In this document: in pieces, positions 12,101-25,900 of the stretch
Position numbering within the stretch: the first letter of the stretch is position 1
How the letters are laid out: each line of letters opens with the position of its first letter
Assembly (NCBI GenBank): GCA_963920595.1
Contig: OY986949.1
Span: 2,046,001-2,110,000 of the forward strand
Length of the DNA stretch: 64,000 nucleotides
From: Eimeria praecox
Lineage: Eukaryota
Direction: 5' to 3'
Position numbers and translations under genes: made by a program
The notes under the pieces: model-generated
Told to the model about the DNA's origin: nothing
Database searches by the model: none
What the model saw: only the letters and a program-made list of their open reading frames with translations

Positions 12101-15100
12101 ATCACGCGCTCCACGCTGTATTGCGTCGCAGAAGCACCGGGCATTTTTGTGTAACATTGGCGTAACTGAATTTAACCTGCTGTATAATTGGGCATCGCTG
12201 GAACTGCGCTCATGCATATGCGCTTCAGGAGTTTGAGAGCCTTTTGGGACACTATGGAAAGGACAAGGCAGCAAACATGGAAGCTAGACTGCTCTGTCTG
12301 CGCCTGCTTTGCGTTGCTCTTGAGGCTGGTAATGCTTGCTCACTCCGGGACCAGCGGCAACGGCGTGCTTCTGTCAAGCCTTTGCAGCAGTTGGATACAA
12401 CGCTACACGATTGTTTAGGGTCCCTGCAACAGAACCCTAGCCGCAGCGGCGCCACTGACTTGAAAGATGGAGCGATTCGTGTGAGTGTTTGTCTGTCCTA
12501 TAGGAAGGGAGAGCCTTTCGCTATTCCCTGAATTGTTGCAGCCTCTTCAGGCGCAGATCTTGCCGCTCGTTCTCCAGCAGGACACCCGTTCGGCGCCTCT
12601 AATGCTGCTTTCGCTGACGCTGAGGTGATTCACACTTCCGTCTCAGCTCTTGGGGCGCTAGGCAGCCAACCATGCAACGCAGCAACACCTCCAGCGATGA
12701 GTGCGTGTGTCGCGTGGACGCAGGGTAGTGGGAGACTTCATTGCCTTCCTGCGGCCCTACATCAAAGATGAGATTGAGAGATGCCTCTACCAGCTGCTTA
12801 GGTAGGGGAAGCCATTGCAGCGGTAGAAACCACCGCACGCGTCATTCTAGCGTCAGTGCCTGACTAGGCGTAGCGACGCCTCACGTAGCACATTGCACTT
12901 GCTTGTAGTGTTGCAGGCTGTCAACGACCAATCATGGAGGCGCGTCGAAAACGTTAGCAGCAGAAGCGCAGGAGGTGGCGCTGGACATGTTGCGGGAGCT
13001 GTGTAGCGACGCGTCGTTTGGCGTCGAGCTGATGCTGAACTACGACAGCGACATCCGTCACTCAAACGTATTTGGGGTCTTGGTCACGCTGCTGCTGCAG
13101 CTAACAGCCCCCCGCGTCCCCTGTCTAAGAGGCGCCTACCGCTTTGCAGGATGCGACCTCGAAGGAGGACAGGGGCTCCTGGGGGTTATGGGTATTCCTC
13201 TGTCGCATGCAGCTTCTGGGCCGGCGGGCACTGCTTCCGAAGCATCTGCAGCTAAGACTCCGACGCAGCAGCAGTCTCCTTCAGGGTCTTCCCCTTCCTC
13301 GGTTAGCACCGCGGCGGCTGCAGAGGGCAGCAAGTCTCACCACCATAGTGCCTTTCACCTGAGGAGGGCCCCTCCGAGGTCGCCCTTGAAGGCCTCGCGA
13401 TCCTCCGCAGACGCCAACGCAGCGGTAGCAGCGGAGAACATCTCCACAGATGCTGCTGGGGTAACGCGCCCTGCAGGCTTGTCAAATGTTAATCGCCTGG
13501 CATTGGCGGCTGTGCTCCGTCTTATTTCTTCTCTAGCCTCTCTCTGTGATAGCATGAAACACAGAAGCGCGCCAGAGCAGCAGCAACAGGAGGAGAAGGA
13601 ATATCACATTGACAAGGCCCAACTCGACCGCGAGTCAGCAGCTGCCTACTTCTTGCGCACCCAAGATATGCAGCTCCTTTCCCAGAGACGGAAGCGCAAG
13701 GCTCTTTTGTCATACGGCGCTGCAGTCTTCAACTCCAACACGAAGGAAGCGATCCCTCAGCTGGAGGCCCTGGGGCTTTTGCCGACGCCAGCAACACCAA
13801 GGAGCACCGCGCTTTTCCTGAAGGAGACTGGAGGCCTTGATTTGCGCTCGGTTGGTCTCTATCTCAGTTCCAATAAGCCGTGGAATACTCAAGTAAGCTG
13901 CTGTAACAAAGGTTGCCCGCGAGGGAGCTATTCCTTAGCGCGTCACATGCGCGGGGGGCCCTCGCTTCATGCCTTTTATGGCTCTGTACGCTTGACTGTC
14001 GCCTCAGGTCCTGCGGGAATTCGTTGCGCTGTTCACGTTTACTGGTGTCGGTCTTGTCGCTGCGTTGAGAGACTTTCTAAAGGCTTTCCGGCTGCCCGGC
14101 GAATCGCAACAAATCGAACGCGTGATGGAGGCGTTTGCCGACGAGTTCTTTCGCCAGCAGCCTCTGGTTAATTGCCCTCACAACAAGGAAAAGCTTGCAG
14201 TGGCGAGTACAGATGGCTCAACAACAGCAACGGCAGCAACGGCAGCAACAACAACAGCAACGGAGTCGCCAGCATCAGCGGAAACCAATAAAACTACTGG
14301 GCCAGCAGCTACAGCAGAGCCGCTGGAGCTCTGTTTGTGGCGCTGGGTGGCAGATGAGGGATTTTATTGTTCTTCGCGTGCCGCAGCCGTGAGAGAAGGT
14401 GCGGGAGATCAGAACCAGCAGCGGAGCAGTGAAGAGCTTGCCCAGCAGCTCTCAGAATTCACCCCCGTAAGCCGTCGCCGATTGATAAGCCCAGTGTCTG
14501 CATACAGTGCACTGCACAACAGTGCAAGAGTAACGATGCTTCTGAAAACGAAAGCCATCCTGCATCGTTGGTTTGATCCTGCATTGCTGGTGTTACGTTA
14601 TTTTGTTTGTTTCGCTTTCGCTCTAACGGTTATGCGCATCTAGCTCATAGGTGCTGAGGGCAGGATACGTGGCGATCTACCCTTGCGGGCCAGTTGCCCG
14701 CGGCATTGGTTTTGCAAGCACAGGCCATGTAATAGAATTGCAAGTGAAATATGCTGCTTCATCTCGGTTTTGATTCGTTTGTTTGACTGTCTTTTTTACA
14801 GGCTCAGCCACCTCCGGGTTACGTGATGATGGTGCACAAAGATACGGTATTTGTCCTATCGTATTCCATCATCATGCTGAACACAGACCAGCACAACTCG
14901 CAAGTCCGCAGTAGGATGAGGGTGGAGGACTTTATCAAGAACAATCGAGGTATCAATAACGGGTCCGACTTGCCCGCCTTCTTCCTCCAAAACATATACG
15001 TGTCCATCAAACACCACGAGATCAAGCTGAAAGAGGCCCCGGTAATGGCAAGTTCGCCGCCACCGACTGCGCAGGGGCAAAAGGCGGACGCGGCAGCCAA

Positions 15101-18100
15101 AGAGCAGCAGCAGCACCAGATACCCGATATTTTTGATGTACTAGCGGACGGATGGACCCCTGCGGAAGGCGCTGGATTGGGCTGGGGGGCATTTGCCTCT
15201 CCCTACAACGGCCCCAAGAGCGCTGTGACACCGGAGGGCGCATGGGACTACCGCGCTGTGCGGAAGCCACGCGCGGGTCGTGCGATGGGGAGCATCAAAA
15301 CAGGGGATTCTACTACATGCGCAGTCGTTGCAGACGCCCGTGATGTGGAGGGATTGGAGATTGAGATGTTTCGTATCTTGTGGAACGGGGGCATCCTAGC
15401 TGTGCTCAGGGGAGCCTTCGAAGCGTCGCTTGATCTGCGGCAGTTGGAAGAAATACTATGTGGCGTCCTGTCTTTGGCTCGCGCTGCTACGATTCTAGGT
15501 CAGGTTGTTGCCTTGAACATGATTGTAGCGGAGCTGTGCAGCTACTTTGTGTATTCTGTCCCCGCGCACTCTCAGCTAGTCCTGGCACCCATTATGTACC
15601 TTATTCGCCGGTCTGGAGCCTCTCTCAGAGAGGAAGGCTGGGGAGCAATTCTGGAGCTGCTCCTTCGGCTGCATGCACTCGACTTGCTACCACCAGCCCT
15701 TATGGGTCTCGACGACTTTGAAGGATCAGGGGGCACAGCTCTCCCTTCACTTTGTACCTTGGCGCCACCTCCGTTCGTGCCTCCGGCCTCGCGAAGAGAT
15801 CGAGGAGCGGGGAAGAAGGGCGGTGGATGGCTTGGGGATCTGACTTCCATTTTATTCGCGCTGGGAGACTCTGACGATGAAAGTGATGGAGAGGAAGGCA
15901 GCGGAACCCAAGGCCACATGGTCGCGTTGTCAGAGGTATGGCAGATACTCCAGTATATCAATCTTCCGCTTTTATCCAGAAGCAGTAGCTAGCTTTTAGA
16001 CAGCTGCTGAGTTTCGTTAGCTGTGCGTTCCCCGCATGTTGACAGGGTTCAGCGTGCAAAAATGTAGCGGTGTGCGGACAGGTAAGTGGACAGGCACACA
16101 ACGATCTAAATGGCCCATTTATCCAGTAGCTGTGCTGTGGCATGTAGTCACTCCTTGCACTCCACCTTTGGAATGTGGTGTGGACGTATTTCCCAGGAGC
16201 TAAACTTCGCGTGTGATGGCTTGTATGTGTTGAGAGCATCTACGGACTTCACACTGCTGCCATCGACCGTGGCTGTGGCAGCACCCAGTTCTTCTGAAGG
16301 GGAAACAGAGCGAGACGTATCCGAGGCTCCCCATATGCAGCGTGCTTCCCTGACGCAGAGGGAATCTCCAGCTCCCAGTGGCGGCGCGGGGCCCGAACAC
16401 CAGCCGCCAAAGGGACCCAACGAACTGCCGCAGCGAGAGCAGCAGACGCAGCAGCAGGAAGCTGCAGGGGCGGGTTCTCCTTCTGCTTCGCCTGAGGATG
16501 AGGAAGCTGCGGCAGCCAGAGCTCCCTACCTACGCCTGAAGACGGTTCTGTCCCATGGCATCCGCATCGACGCGGCAGTTGCAGAGTACGATCTGTTAGA
16601 CGCTTTGCTGCTTGTTTCAGACTCCCTTCTCCCTTTCAACATTGATGCGTAGGGTCTGAGGCCCCTTCTAACTCCTGTGAAACCGCCTTCTGGCTTGGTG
16701 CCATTGACTTCTCAGGATTTTTCGCCAGGTTGAGCCCGTTTCGTCCCTTTCAACTGCGGTTGTTCTCCTCGTGCACATCGTGCTGGGCTTTCCTCCCATC
16801 CGCCAGAACCCGGGTGCGTCTCCAGACTGTCCCCTACAGGCCCAGCAACCTCAGCAACAACAGCAGCCCTCATCCGATGGTGCAACCTCGCACAGCCGCA
16901 CCTCTGGTGAGGCAGTTGCACGGGGAGCTGGAGGCAGCAGCAGCGCACCATCCAGCGTGGCCTCGGGGCAGTCATCCTCTGGGGCACACCATCCAGGGCC
17001 CCCTCCACTGCAGCCGCCAGAGGACGTGGGATTACCAGCGCTTCCGGGGGCTGAACTTTCCATGCTCTCTAGCTACCTAGTTGATGCACAGAGGCGAGGC
17101 CTGGATGAGGACAGCTCTAGACGCAACAGCAGCGTTAGCAGCAGCATCAGCAGCTCGGCTGTCTCTACTCCGGTGGGAGCAAGTGCGTCATCGACGCAGT
17201 CCCCAGGATTTTCGTCTTACACCTTACCCCCGCCTGTATGGTCTCCGTTGCGTGCCGGGACCTCCCCTCAGTTGATGACTTACCGGGCTTACACAGATCG
17301 GCTCTTTTGTTTGGAGCTGTTGGGGGCACTGATGTTGAGCGAGCTAACGCCTGGGAGCCCCTCTCTTCGCCCTTCAAAGGTGTACGGGATGACTCTTCTA
17401 CAGAACTGCCCTTGGCTGCTGTGCGCGGTGTATCTCGACACCTTCTTGAGGCGCTACTCTATAGGAACTGCTGCTGGGGGCGTGCCTAATCCTCTTGAGG
17501 TTGTAGGCCTGGCAGGGCCAACACAGCTGAGGCATCATCAGCAACAGGAGCAGGAGGCAACGGCGGGGAGCGACGCCAACAGGCCTTCTTGGGCTATAGC
17601 TATTCTGGATGCCTGCAGCAAAGACCCTCTGGCGCAGGCTACCTTGAGGAACGTCTGCAATGTTTTCCAGTCAATAGGCTCTCGCAGGCTAGTCGATACG
17701 CCCACAAGTGCGTCGCTGCCCCTGTCTCCAGTGTATCCCTTTGTTGCTTCTTTCGGGTCATGTGGTTTTGTTTGTTGGCTGAGCGGCTGTTGCATGCAGC
17801 TTTGCCGCACTGGGAGCTACTCTTCATCGAGCGACTGGTTGTGACTGTACTGAGGATTTGTCTTCGTCTGCTCACGGATGAAGATTCCTTGCTGCTTTCC
17901 GTGTACACAAAGACCGGGACACCCCAACTGGGTTCCCCGAATGCGTCTGGGTGTACTCCTGCTTGCCAGGTGGCAATACATTTGCTTCAGCTTCTAACCC
18001 TTCTTCACCCCAACATCTTCTGCATGCACGTGCAGCGTATCTGCCAGTCTGCCATTGTAAGTTTCCTGTGGGATTGCATGGCTGCCGGCGCCACTACACC

Positions 18101-20919
18101 ACTTGAGCACTGCAGAGAATGCATCTTCTTATGGTGGCTGTCGCCAATAGTTCTTCGAGCTATTTCCCTAATTTTGATGAGTGTTTCTACGAAATGGTTG
18201 GCTTCGCTTGCAGTTTGCAGTGCTCCTGATTTGCTGTGGGTCCACTGCCGTCAGATCCTCGTCTCCAGGCTGAATCTGAGGGCTTGTAGCAGCCCGCTTC
18301 TAATCCAAGTTCTGCTGGCTCTGTATCAGCGCCTTGTCCCTCTACCTGCCTTCCTACCAACTGCCCCGTTGCCGCAGCACTTGACACAACCACAACCGCA
18401 GCAGCAGCCTGCCCTGAGGATTGTCGCTTCCCTGTCAGGCTGGATAAGGGACCCCGAGGCGTTAGCGTTGCTCGTGCTGCAGCACCGCAACCACTACCAG
18501 ATGCTGCTACAGACCCTGATGGCCATTTGCATTTACGTTTCGCCGTCTCCTTCTACACAGATGCTGTGCCCTGCCTCAGCTGAGCAAAGGACCGAGGGGG
18601 AACCTCAAGATAATCAGCAGGCGCAGTCGAGTGTGAACACTGCCTCGTCGTATGAGGCCAACTGCACCTCGCTGGCTTTATTGGCGTCTTTAATTCCTTT
18701 AATAGGAGAGGCGTTAAAATCCAAGGGGGCGGCAGTTGCAGCGTGCCTTGCTGCTGCAGCAAACGGCGTTGCTACTGCTAGCTGCGAAGGCTCTTCCAAA
18801 TGGAAGGCTCGCTTGGATTGCCAGGCAATGTGGCTTCAGGCCATGCAAGTACTGGCGATTATATGCAGCTTCTCCGCACGGCCTGTGAAAGTTAAAGCTC
18901 TGGCGGTGGGTCCTGTTTCCCCGTTGTGCGTTTGTGTATGCGGTTCCAGAAGAGGCACAGTGCTCGTGTCTGCACTTAATAGTCATGACGCCTATGTAGA
19001 GCTCCCTTTCTGCTCCCCTGGCATTGCCGAGCGGTGCTGGCCAGTGTTTGGCTTGGAGGTGACGGACGTGTGTGCTGGTGCCTTGAGCTTGCACAGGTCC
19101 TGCAGCAGATGCTGATCCGCTGCAGCACGAAGCAGCCCAGCTCTGAAGAAAGCAGCAGTGTCATCGCCAGCGACCGGACGGTAAATACCGGAGGGGCTGA
19201 GAACTCGAGCAGGACTGCTACAACTGCCGCTGCACCACCAGCGTCTGCTGCAGCTGCCGCAGCAGAATACTGGAATACGGCACCTGATGATCCTTATACT
19301 TGGAGACTTTGCCTGCAGTTGGTTGTTTTCCCGCTCCTCAGCCTTCGCTTTGACTACCCTTACACGCCACCACCTCCAGGCGACGCCCCCCCACCTCCTC
19401 CTCAGCATCACCAGCAGCAGGCGAACGAGCACAGTGCAGGAGATTCAATTTATGCTTTAACAGCAGGACACGACCAAGAAAAGCAACCTCGTGATCCCCA
19501 TTTCGGCATGCCTTGGATGGCACTGCCGACCAGGCGGCGGTTAACCCCCGAAGTAGCCATAAGCACTCTGGGCCTCGACGAAGTAGGATACGCCGTCGCC
19601 CTTGTTGATGCTAACTGCACTGCTTCTTCTGCTGCCGCTGTCTCTGGCTTTTTTTCGTTACGAGCTCTTTGTGCATGCATTGTGCTGCCCTTGCCTGGTG
19701 TCCTCGTTGCAGCTGCGAGTTGAAACCACTCAGGCGCCAGTAGAGGAGTTCACCAGTTCATCATTTGTGATATGGCGTTCTGTGCAAATGCCCGTCCATT
19801 TCAGTTTTCTCGGTATTCAATTGGGCATCTTTAGACTTGCGCCGCCTGCTTTACTGCATGGCTTTTTGCCCTGGCAATGCATGTTCGTCTTCCCAGGTAT
19901 ACCAGAGAAAGGCAGCCGCAGCGAGCTTGGCTTGTCGCCTCTTCCTCACGAAGATGGAACTCCTTCTGCAGCCGTTCAATGCTAGAGGCATTTATGTGGA
20001 CTTCGTGGCTCAGCCGTCGCCCCCGGCGGACGCGTGGAAGCTCCAGGGACTTCCAGGAGACCACCCAGGTGGCATAGAAGGCCTCCTGCCTCCCCTGACC
20101 CAGCTGGTGCAGCTGCTTGTTACAGAAGCCAAGGTATGTTGTGCCTTCACGAGGCCATAGTAGCCGGTGAAACGACGAGGGATGAACGCTCCTTGCTTTC
20201 TTGTTCGGTCATGTAGGGGCATTGTGCTATAGTCCTGCTTGTCCGACCATACATGTGGTGATGCTGTTCCTTGGTTTCCTCAGCAAGCTCCTGTGATCTA
20301 TCGGGATGCGTTTCTCGAGAGCATGAAGAACACACTGCTGGTCATCCTAACCTGCCCCTTCGTCGCAGCAAGCTCCATACCGGCGGATTTGAAGACAAGG
20401 ATATCTCCAACTTGTGTCCTTCCACTTATATTCCCCCCGAAGCAGCAGCATCAGCAACAGCAGCAGCAACAACAACAGCCAGAGCAGCCAACGTCACCGC
20501 AGGGGGAAACCCCAGGGTCTCCAAGCGTGGGCGAGGCAGCGCAGCTCGCAGCGAAGCAAGAAGCCTTGCTAGGGACACTGTCGTGTTTAACAGACAGCCA
20601 GAGACTGGTGGTGTCAGCAGTCTCACCATTTGTGGTCTCCACGTTCCCAACTGTGATACAAGAGCTGCTTCTGATACTTCCAACCCCTCAGCCGCCTCCA
20701 CCTCCTCCAAGGCAGGACCCTGTCACGGACAAGAACCTGGGAGCAAACACTGCATCAGAAGGGAATTCCGAAATCCCTGAAGATTGCAGCCGTGGAGCCA
20801 GCCATGAAAGTGACAGCGGGAAAGCCGCAGCCATTGCAGCGGAAAGCCTTGAGGAAGTCAGTGGTTATTCCAGTGCAGTCGCATTGCCGCCCGCCGATGG
20901 CAGTGCTTGCGCATCGTAG
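9168..20919 (+). CDS. Large Sec7-domain ARF guanine-nucleotide exchange factor, GBF1/Gea/GNOM class (multi-exon)
   Basis: HUS box LMLNYDSDIRHSNVF (~13030). Sec7 N-half FNSNTKEAI...ALFLKETGGLDLRSVGLYLS. Motif 1 with the catalytic Glu finger FRLPGESQQIERVMEAF (~14086). Motif 2 VFVLSYSIIMLNTDQHNSQVRSRMRVEDFIKNNRGIN (~14850). Helical exons continue to the stop at 20919. GT-AG introns between ORF segments. Confidence 0.92.
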
Positions 20920-22993
20920 CCTGCAGTTCTGATTTATTTGGGAAGATGATAAAGAACTGCTAGGAAGGACTCGCTTGGATGTGCTGCAGCGATTGATACC
21001 CATTTGAGGGGACGACTGACATCCCTGCCCTGTGCTGGGGGCGTAGCCGCTGCCAGTGCAAGTGCACCGCAGATTCATCCTCGAATAGTTTGCGTGTTAC
21101 AGGGATGCAAGGGCAAAAGAGTTCATTGTTCACCCATAGCTTTCGGGGGTAGACAGGTTTATAAACTTCGAAGCCCAGTTGCAGCAATAGCTCATTGCGA
21201 AGTTTCGTTCATGCATTTTCACGCGCTTCCGGAGCATTAACTCACTCCCGCGTTGAGTGCACGCGTACACTCATTATGAGGCCAGGCATTTCATTCAGTC
21301 CTCAATTTTACTGGAAATTCATATTATACAGCTTGATCCGAGCGTTGTGGTTCGGCTGCACCACAGCGCTCGTCTCTTAGATGCACTCACTGCAAAAGAC
21401 GCTCGCTTTAATTTAACTATATCATTTTAGCCTAAAGATAGAAAGCAGGGCGCCCATTTCTAAAGTCAAGCTGATACAGGGCTTTGCATACTAGACAGGC
21501 AGGAGCTTAGTTCCGGAGGGCAAGCCTAGCCCCTCCCTAAGCTTGTAGCGAGAGTACGTATCCACTTCCTTCTGCCTACAAGAAGATGTAAGTCCCGTGA
21601 AATTAGGGGCACGAATGGGTTAACAGCACCTGGCTTGCGCCAGAGTCCCGTCGATTTCACGAGGACTTTGGGGCGTGTCTCTCTTCGGGGCGGCATCAGT
21701 TTGTTTAGGCCACAGGGGACCCTTCCAATGAATTAGCATACTTCGCCGGCAGTTTCAAGCCCAAACTCTTTCTGAGAGCTACTGCAAGCCATTATTTTAT
21801 TGCCGGACGCCGCTAACCCTTCTTCAAAAAGTCGCTAGGTAAGCTGCGCAAGGCTATAGCTGCCCCTTTCACATTAGGCGCATGTTAAGGGGCGAGTTAA
21901 CAATACGGAAAAGCTCGGATTCGGATCATTTTTGTGGTTTGAGACATTAAAGCCCATCCAGAAAGCGATCATTCTGCCTTCTTTGCAGGCGGCCGACTGC
22001 CGCCAGCGTTGGATGATAAGAACAGGCTTGTGAATCTCCTGTTGTTGTGTGTAAGCAATCAGATCTCAAAACCATTGCACCTCTTCATAAGGGAGCAACC
22101 CACAGATTTTCAATGTAGTCGTAACAGCGTGGGCCAAATGAGGGGTCCCGTTTATTTTGAAGCGGTGGCTTGGACGCCACGGGCTTTGGGGCTGAGGCGC
22201 TGGCGCTGCGTTGCAGATATGGAGCTTGAAATTGAAGCAACGAGAAAATGTTGGGCTATCGTTTTAATATATAGCTCTCCTTTTAGTTGTTAGGTCCTGG
22301 CACTGGCTACTAACGGCACCTTTTACGAAGGCAGATCCCTTTCTGGTGGGATTACTGCGAAAGCTCCAAAAGTCACATCTTTTATACTTGCACGAGACAC
22401 ATTGAGCTATCTGAAGCATTGTTAGTAGTACGAGATGCAGTCTTGCACTTGCCAAAGTGATAGTTTGCACCAGCGCAGGGGCTTGCGAGTTACCACACCT
22501 TCATGAAGGGGCCCTGCGGGGGGGCACAGGCGATCAGGCACTTAGTTAGTTAGGCAGCTACGCAGCTGAGTTAAGCATATTTCTGGCTCTCAGTAAAGAT
22601 AAATTTGATGTGTAAAAGGTAAAAAGAGTCGGAAACGGTTTTCGACGCGGTCGATAGGGCCACCACCCATCTACGCAACAGCTGGAGTTGGTGAAGTCGG
22701 TCTGGCGCTTATGTGCAAGGAAGATGCCTCAGAGTATGCATATGTCTCACACTATCTGCTGCAATGAAGACACGCGTGGGGCTCAGCACTTCTGTACGCC
22801 CACCGGGATGTCGTAGCCCGCAATTATGGCGAGCGTTCTCGTCATAATTAGAGCAGTTGAGGCAGCTATCGTGGAAGGCCGCTTAGGGCTGTCGTTTAGC
22901 CGTGGTAGAGGCTTGATGGCTGTTCTCTGAGGGAAAGATGGCTGAACTGTTATTTACAGCCTTTGCATCGTACGTCCCCTCTATACTTTTCAG

Positions 22994-25900
22994 ATGCGGC
23001 ATTCGATGAGGCAGGCCCTGCTGCCAACAAGATAAGGAAGCTGAGGAGGCAAATCGCTGCTCAAGATCGAGAGCTGCAGCGCCAGCAACGGGCACGCTCC
23101 TGCAGCATCGTTCAGAAGATCGTGCGAGAGGAATGGGCTACTGCTCAAAATGATGTACCTCACGCTGCTTTACCCAGGAAAAGTGATGCATTTGAGAAAG
23201 AAAGGAAAGGATGTAGGGCTCTGTACACCTGCGGCTCCCACATCGGGAGTTTAATATGTTTTCACCGACATGTACACAAAGCACGGTGCTTCTGGCGTAG
23301 CCATGACGTCTATGAGTGTCTAGACGTTGCAGCGAGTTGCAAAAATAAGCAGAACCGGAGTAGCGGTCGAATGCAGAGGTGTGCAGATGGCTGTTCTCCC
23401 TCACATTGCCTCCATCTAGAGGCTGTTTAGGGAGTACGGCATTTACTTTACCTGCGCTGCAGCTGGAGCTTCGTGTGCACGTAGACCTGCTGGCGCCCAA
23501 AGCGGTGCACCGGCACTTAGAGCAAGGCTCAGCTGGGACTCCCGTGCTGATGGAACAGCTCAAAAACAAAATGCGTCAGTGAAGCCACTGCGTGAGGCTA
23601 CTTCGTCGACAACAAGGTAATCAAAAACAGCGCTTAGGGCAGCTGTTGTCTCAAGATAAATTTCTTTGCTCAGATATCTAGATGTTTGCGGATGATAGTT
23701 GGTCTGCAGGCCAGACGACGAAACCGCCACTTCCAAATACCCCCCCCTAAAAAAGCGGAGCCTTAGTGTGTTCGAACAGAAAAAAATAGAAAAGGCACTT
23801 CAGGCGCAGCAACAGGCGATTTTAGAGGGAACACCTCAGCGCATTGCAGGGAGGGTTTACTCCGGACCTTCTTTTCGGTGCTCTCCATCTGCGGTAACGT
23901 TTAAAGGATTTGAAGCCGGTGGAGTATATTCACAGGATGTGGAAGTGACCAACGTGAGCTTGGGCTTCAGCACATTTCGAGTCCTACCGCTTCCAGAGGA
24001 AGTCGAAGGCATCATCTCTGTGGCTTTCGAAGCTGCAGGAAGGATGTCTGCTGGGCGCAGCACGCGACTAACAGTAACGTTTACCCCTAAGAAGGAAGAA
24101 GATCTAAAGACAGAAATCCTTCTGCTTTCCCCCACTGGACCACAGTCCTTGCCAGTTATTTGTTCGCGCAAAAGATCTGTTTTGTCCTTCCGCCCTCACA
24201 AGCTGTCCCCTCAAGCACTCCTGAGGTCCCTGCAAACGTTGAGTGCACCGGCGCAAGGAACCTGCGGTGGCGGATCTGATCCCAGCGTTAAAAGAAAATC
24301 AGAGGAAGACACTCATGCACGACTTGGGGGAGGGAAGGCTCGCCTTAGCAGAAGGACGCAAGCCTTGGAGGAGAAAGAGGTCAAAGACGGCGTTGTGTAT
24401 CTCTCCGCTGGAGATATTCAGCTGGGCGAAGTGGCTGCAGTTCGTTTCAGGCTCTCAAACACAGGGAGTCTCGGCACAGCATACCGCCTCTTTCCTGTAT
24501 CACCGGGAGGGCAACAGGAGCCTTCAGAGGTAGACTCCTTGCTTAACCAAAGAAGTGGACAACCCAGTGAAACGGCGGGCCCTCCACCGGATCTGCCTGA
24601 GGAGTCAGCGTCAGAACATCGAAGCGCAGAGGAGGCAGCCATAACCAGTCCTACGGAGTTTTCCTCATCGGAAAATTTAGGTAGGGAAAGCAACTTAGAC
24701 CAGCCGGAAGAAGACTTGAGGAGTCTCAGCGCTTCTGGATGGCTGGAAGCACTCCAGGGCGAGGCGGTAGTGCTGGCGCAACGGCTTCGGATCTCAGACA
24801 AACAAAATACCCTTGCTTGGGAGCGAATCTTGTCTAGCGGCTTAAGCAGCCTGTTGGAAGGCAGAACAGAGCACGACCGCGAAGAAGTTTCCTGCACGGC
24901 TACTCCCCTGCAGCTCTCCCTCCGAAGTACTCTTGTCAAGAATGCAGCCGGCGAGCTAGATGCCCTCCAGACGCAGGAAATTACCATTGTTCACGCGCCG
25001 ACCCGCACAGGGAGATTTGTTGGCTTTTTTACCCTGCAGTTCTCTGATCCAGATGTATCCTTTACCCGTCAAGCACAAAATTTTTCTGTCGATTTTGACT
25101 ACTATAGAAACTCTACAAGCGACACCTCAGCACTAGCATCGCTTAACTTTAGTCTTCGTCAATTCCCTGCCATAAAAGTGTGAGAATACAGGGGTTTTGC
25201 TATTGCTGAGGAGAAGCCGGTTTCATGCGTTGTTATTGCTTTCGTCAGCACGAAGATGTGGTGGTCGTGGTGGATGGACAGTGTGTCTTGCCGCCCGTCT
25301 GCATGGACGCTCCGCTGCACGACCTCGGGATCTGTGTTCCAGAACGAGGGTACCGTCAACACTTCCAAGTGACCAGCAGCAGTACCCTGACCCGCACTCT
25401 GCAGGTGGTTTCCCCCGAAGCAGAAGAGGGAGTCTTGTGGGTAGAGCCACGCTGCTCCTTCGTGCAGCCCAGAGGTGTGGCATCTCTGACAGCACATCTC
25501 TGCCTTTCCTTTTCCTTCTTCGACCGGCATCCCGAATACGTCCAGCCTCTCCCTGATGCCATTGCCAAGACTAATCTCAAATCTGTGGCGTTCAAGATAC
25601 CAATTCAGATAAGGGCGAGCGACCAAATTCTTTGTGCGGAGACAGCCATCACAGGTGTGCAACAAATAGGCAGACATGCCAATCATGTAAGCCCTTATTT
25701 CGCTTGTTCATGGAATAGCCTGCGAATTAAGGCATCCCAATGCAGTAGATTCCAGCACAGTTTCTTTGGCTGCGTCCCGAACAGCACACACACCGCAATA
25801 CATGAGTTGCGTGGACCTCCGTTATTTTCAAAAAGGCCAATCCTGGCCCCCTTGCAAGAAGCGGCACCATGCCTGCTATGACGAGAATTTCTGTTACGCA

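Noticed and set aside
21590..21668. Imperfect 14-bp inverted repeat (aagtcccgtgaaat ... atttcacgaggactt)
   Set aside because: A single short stem with no recognisable ncRNA or MITE features; it could be chance.
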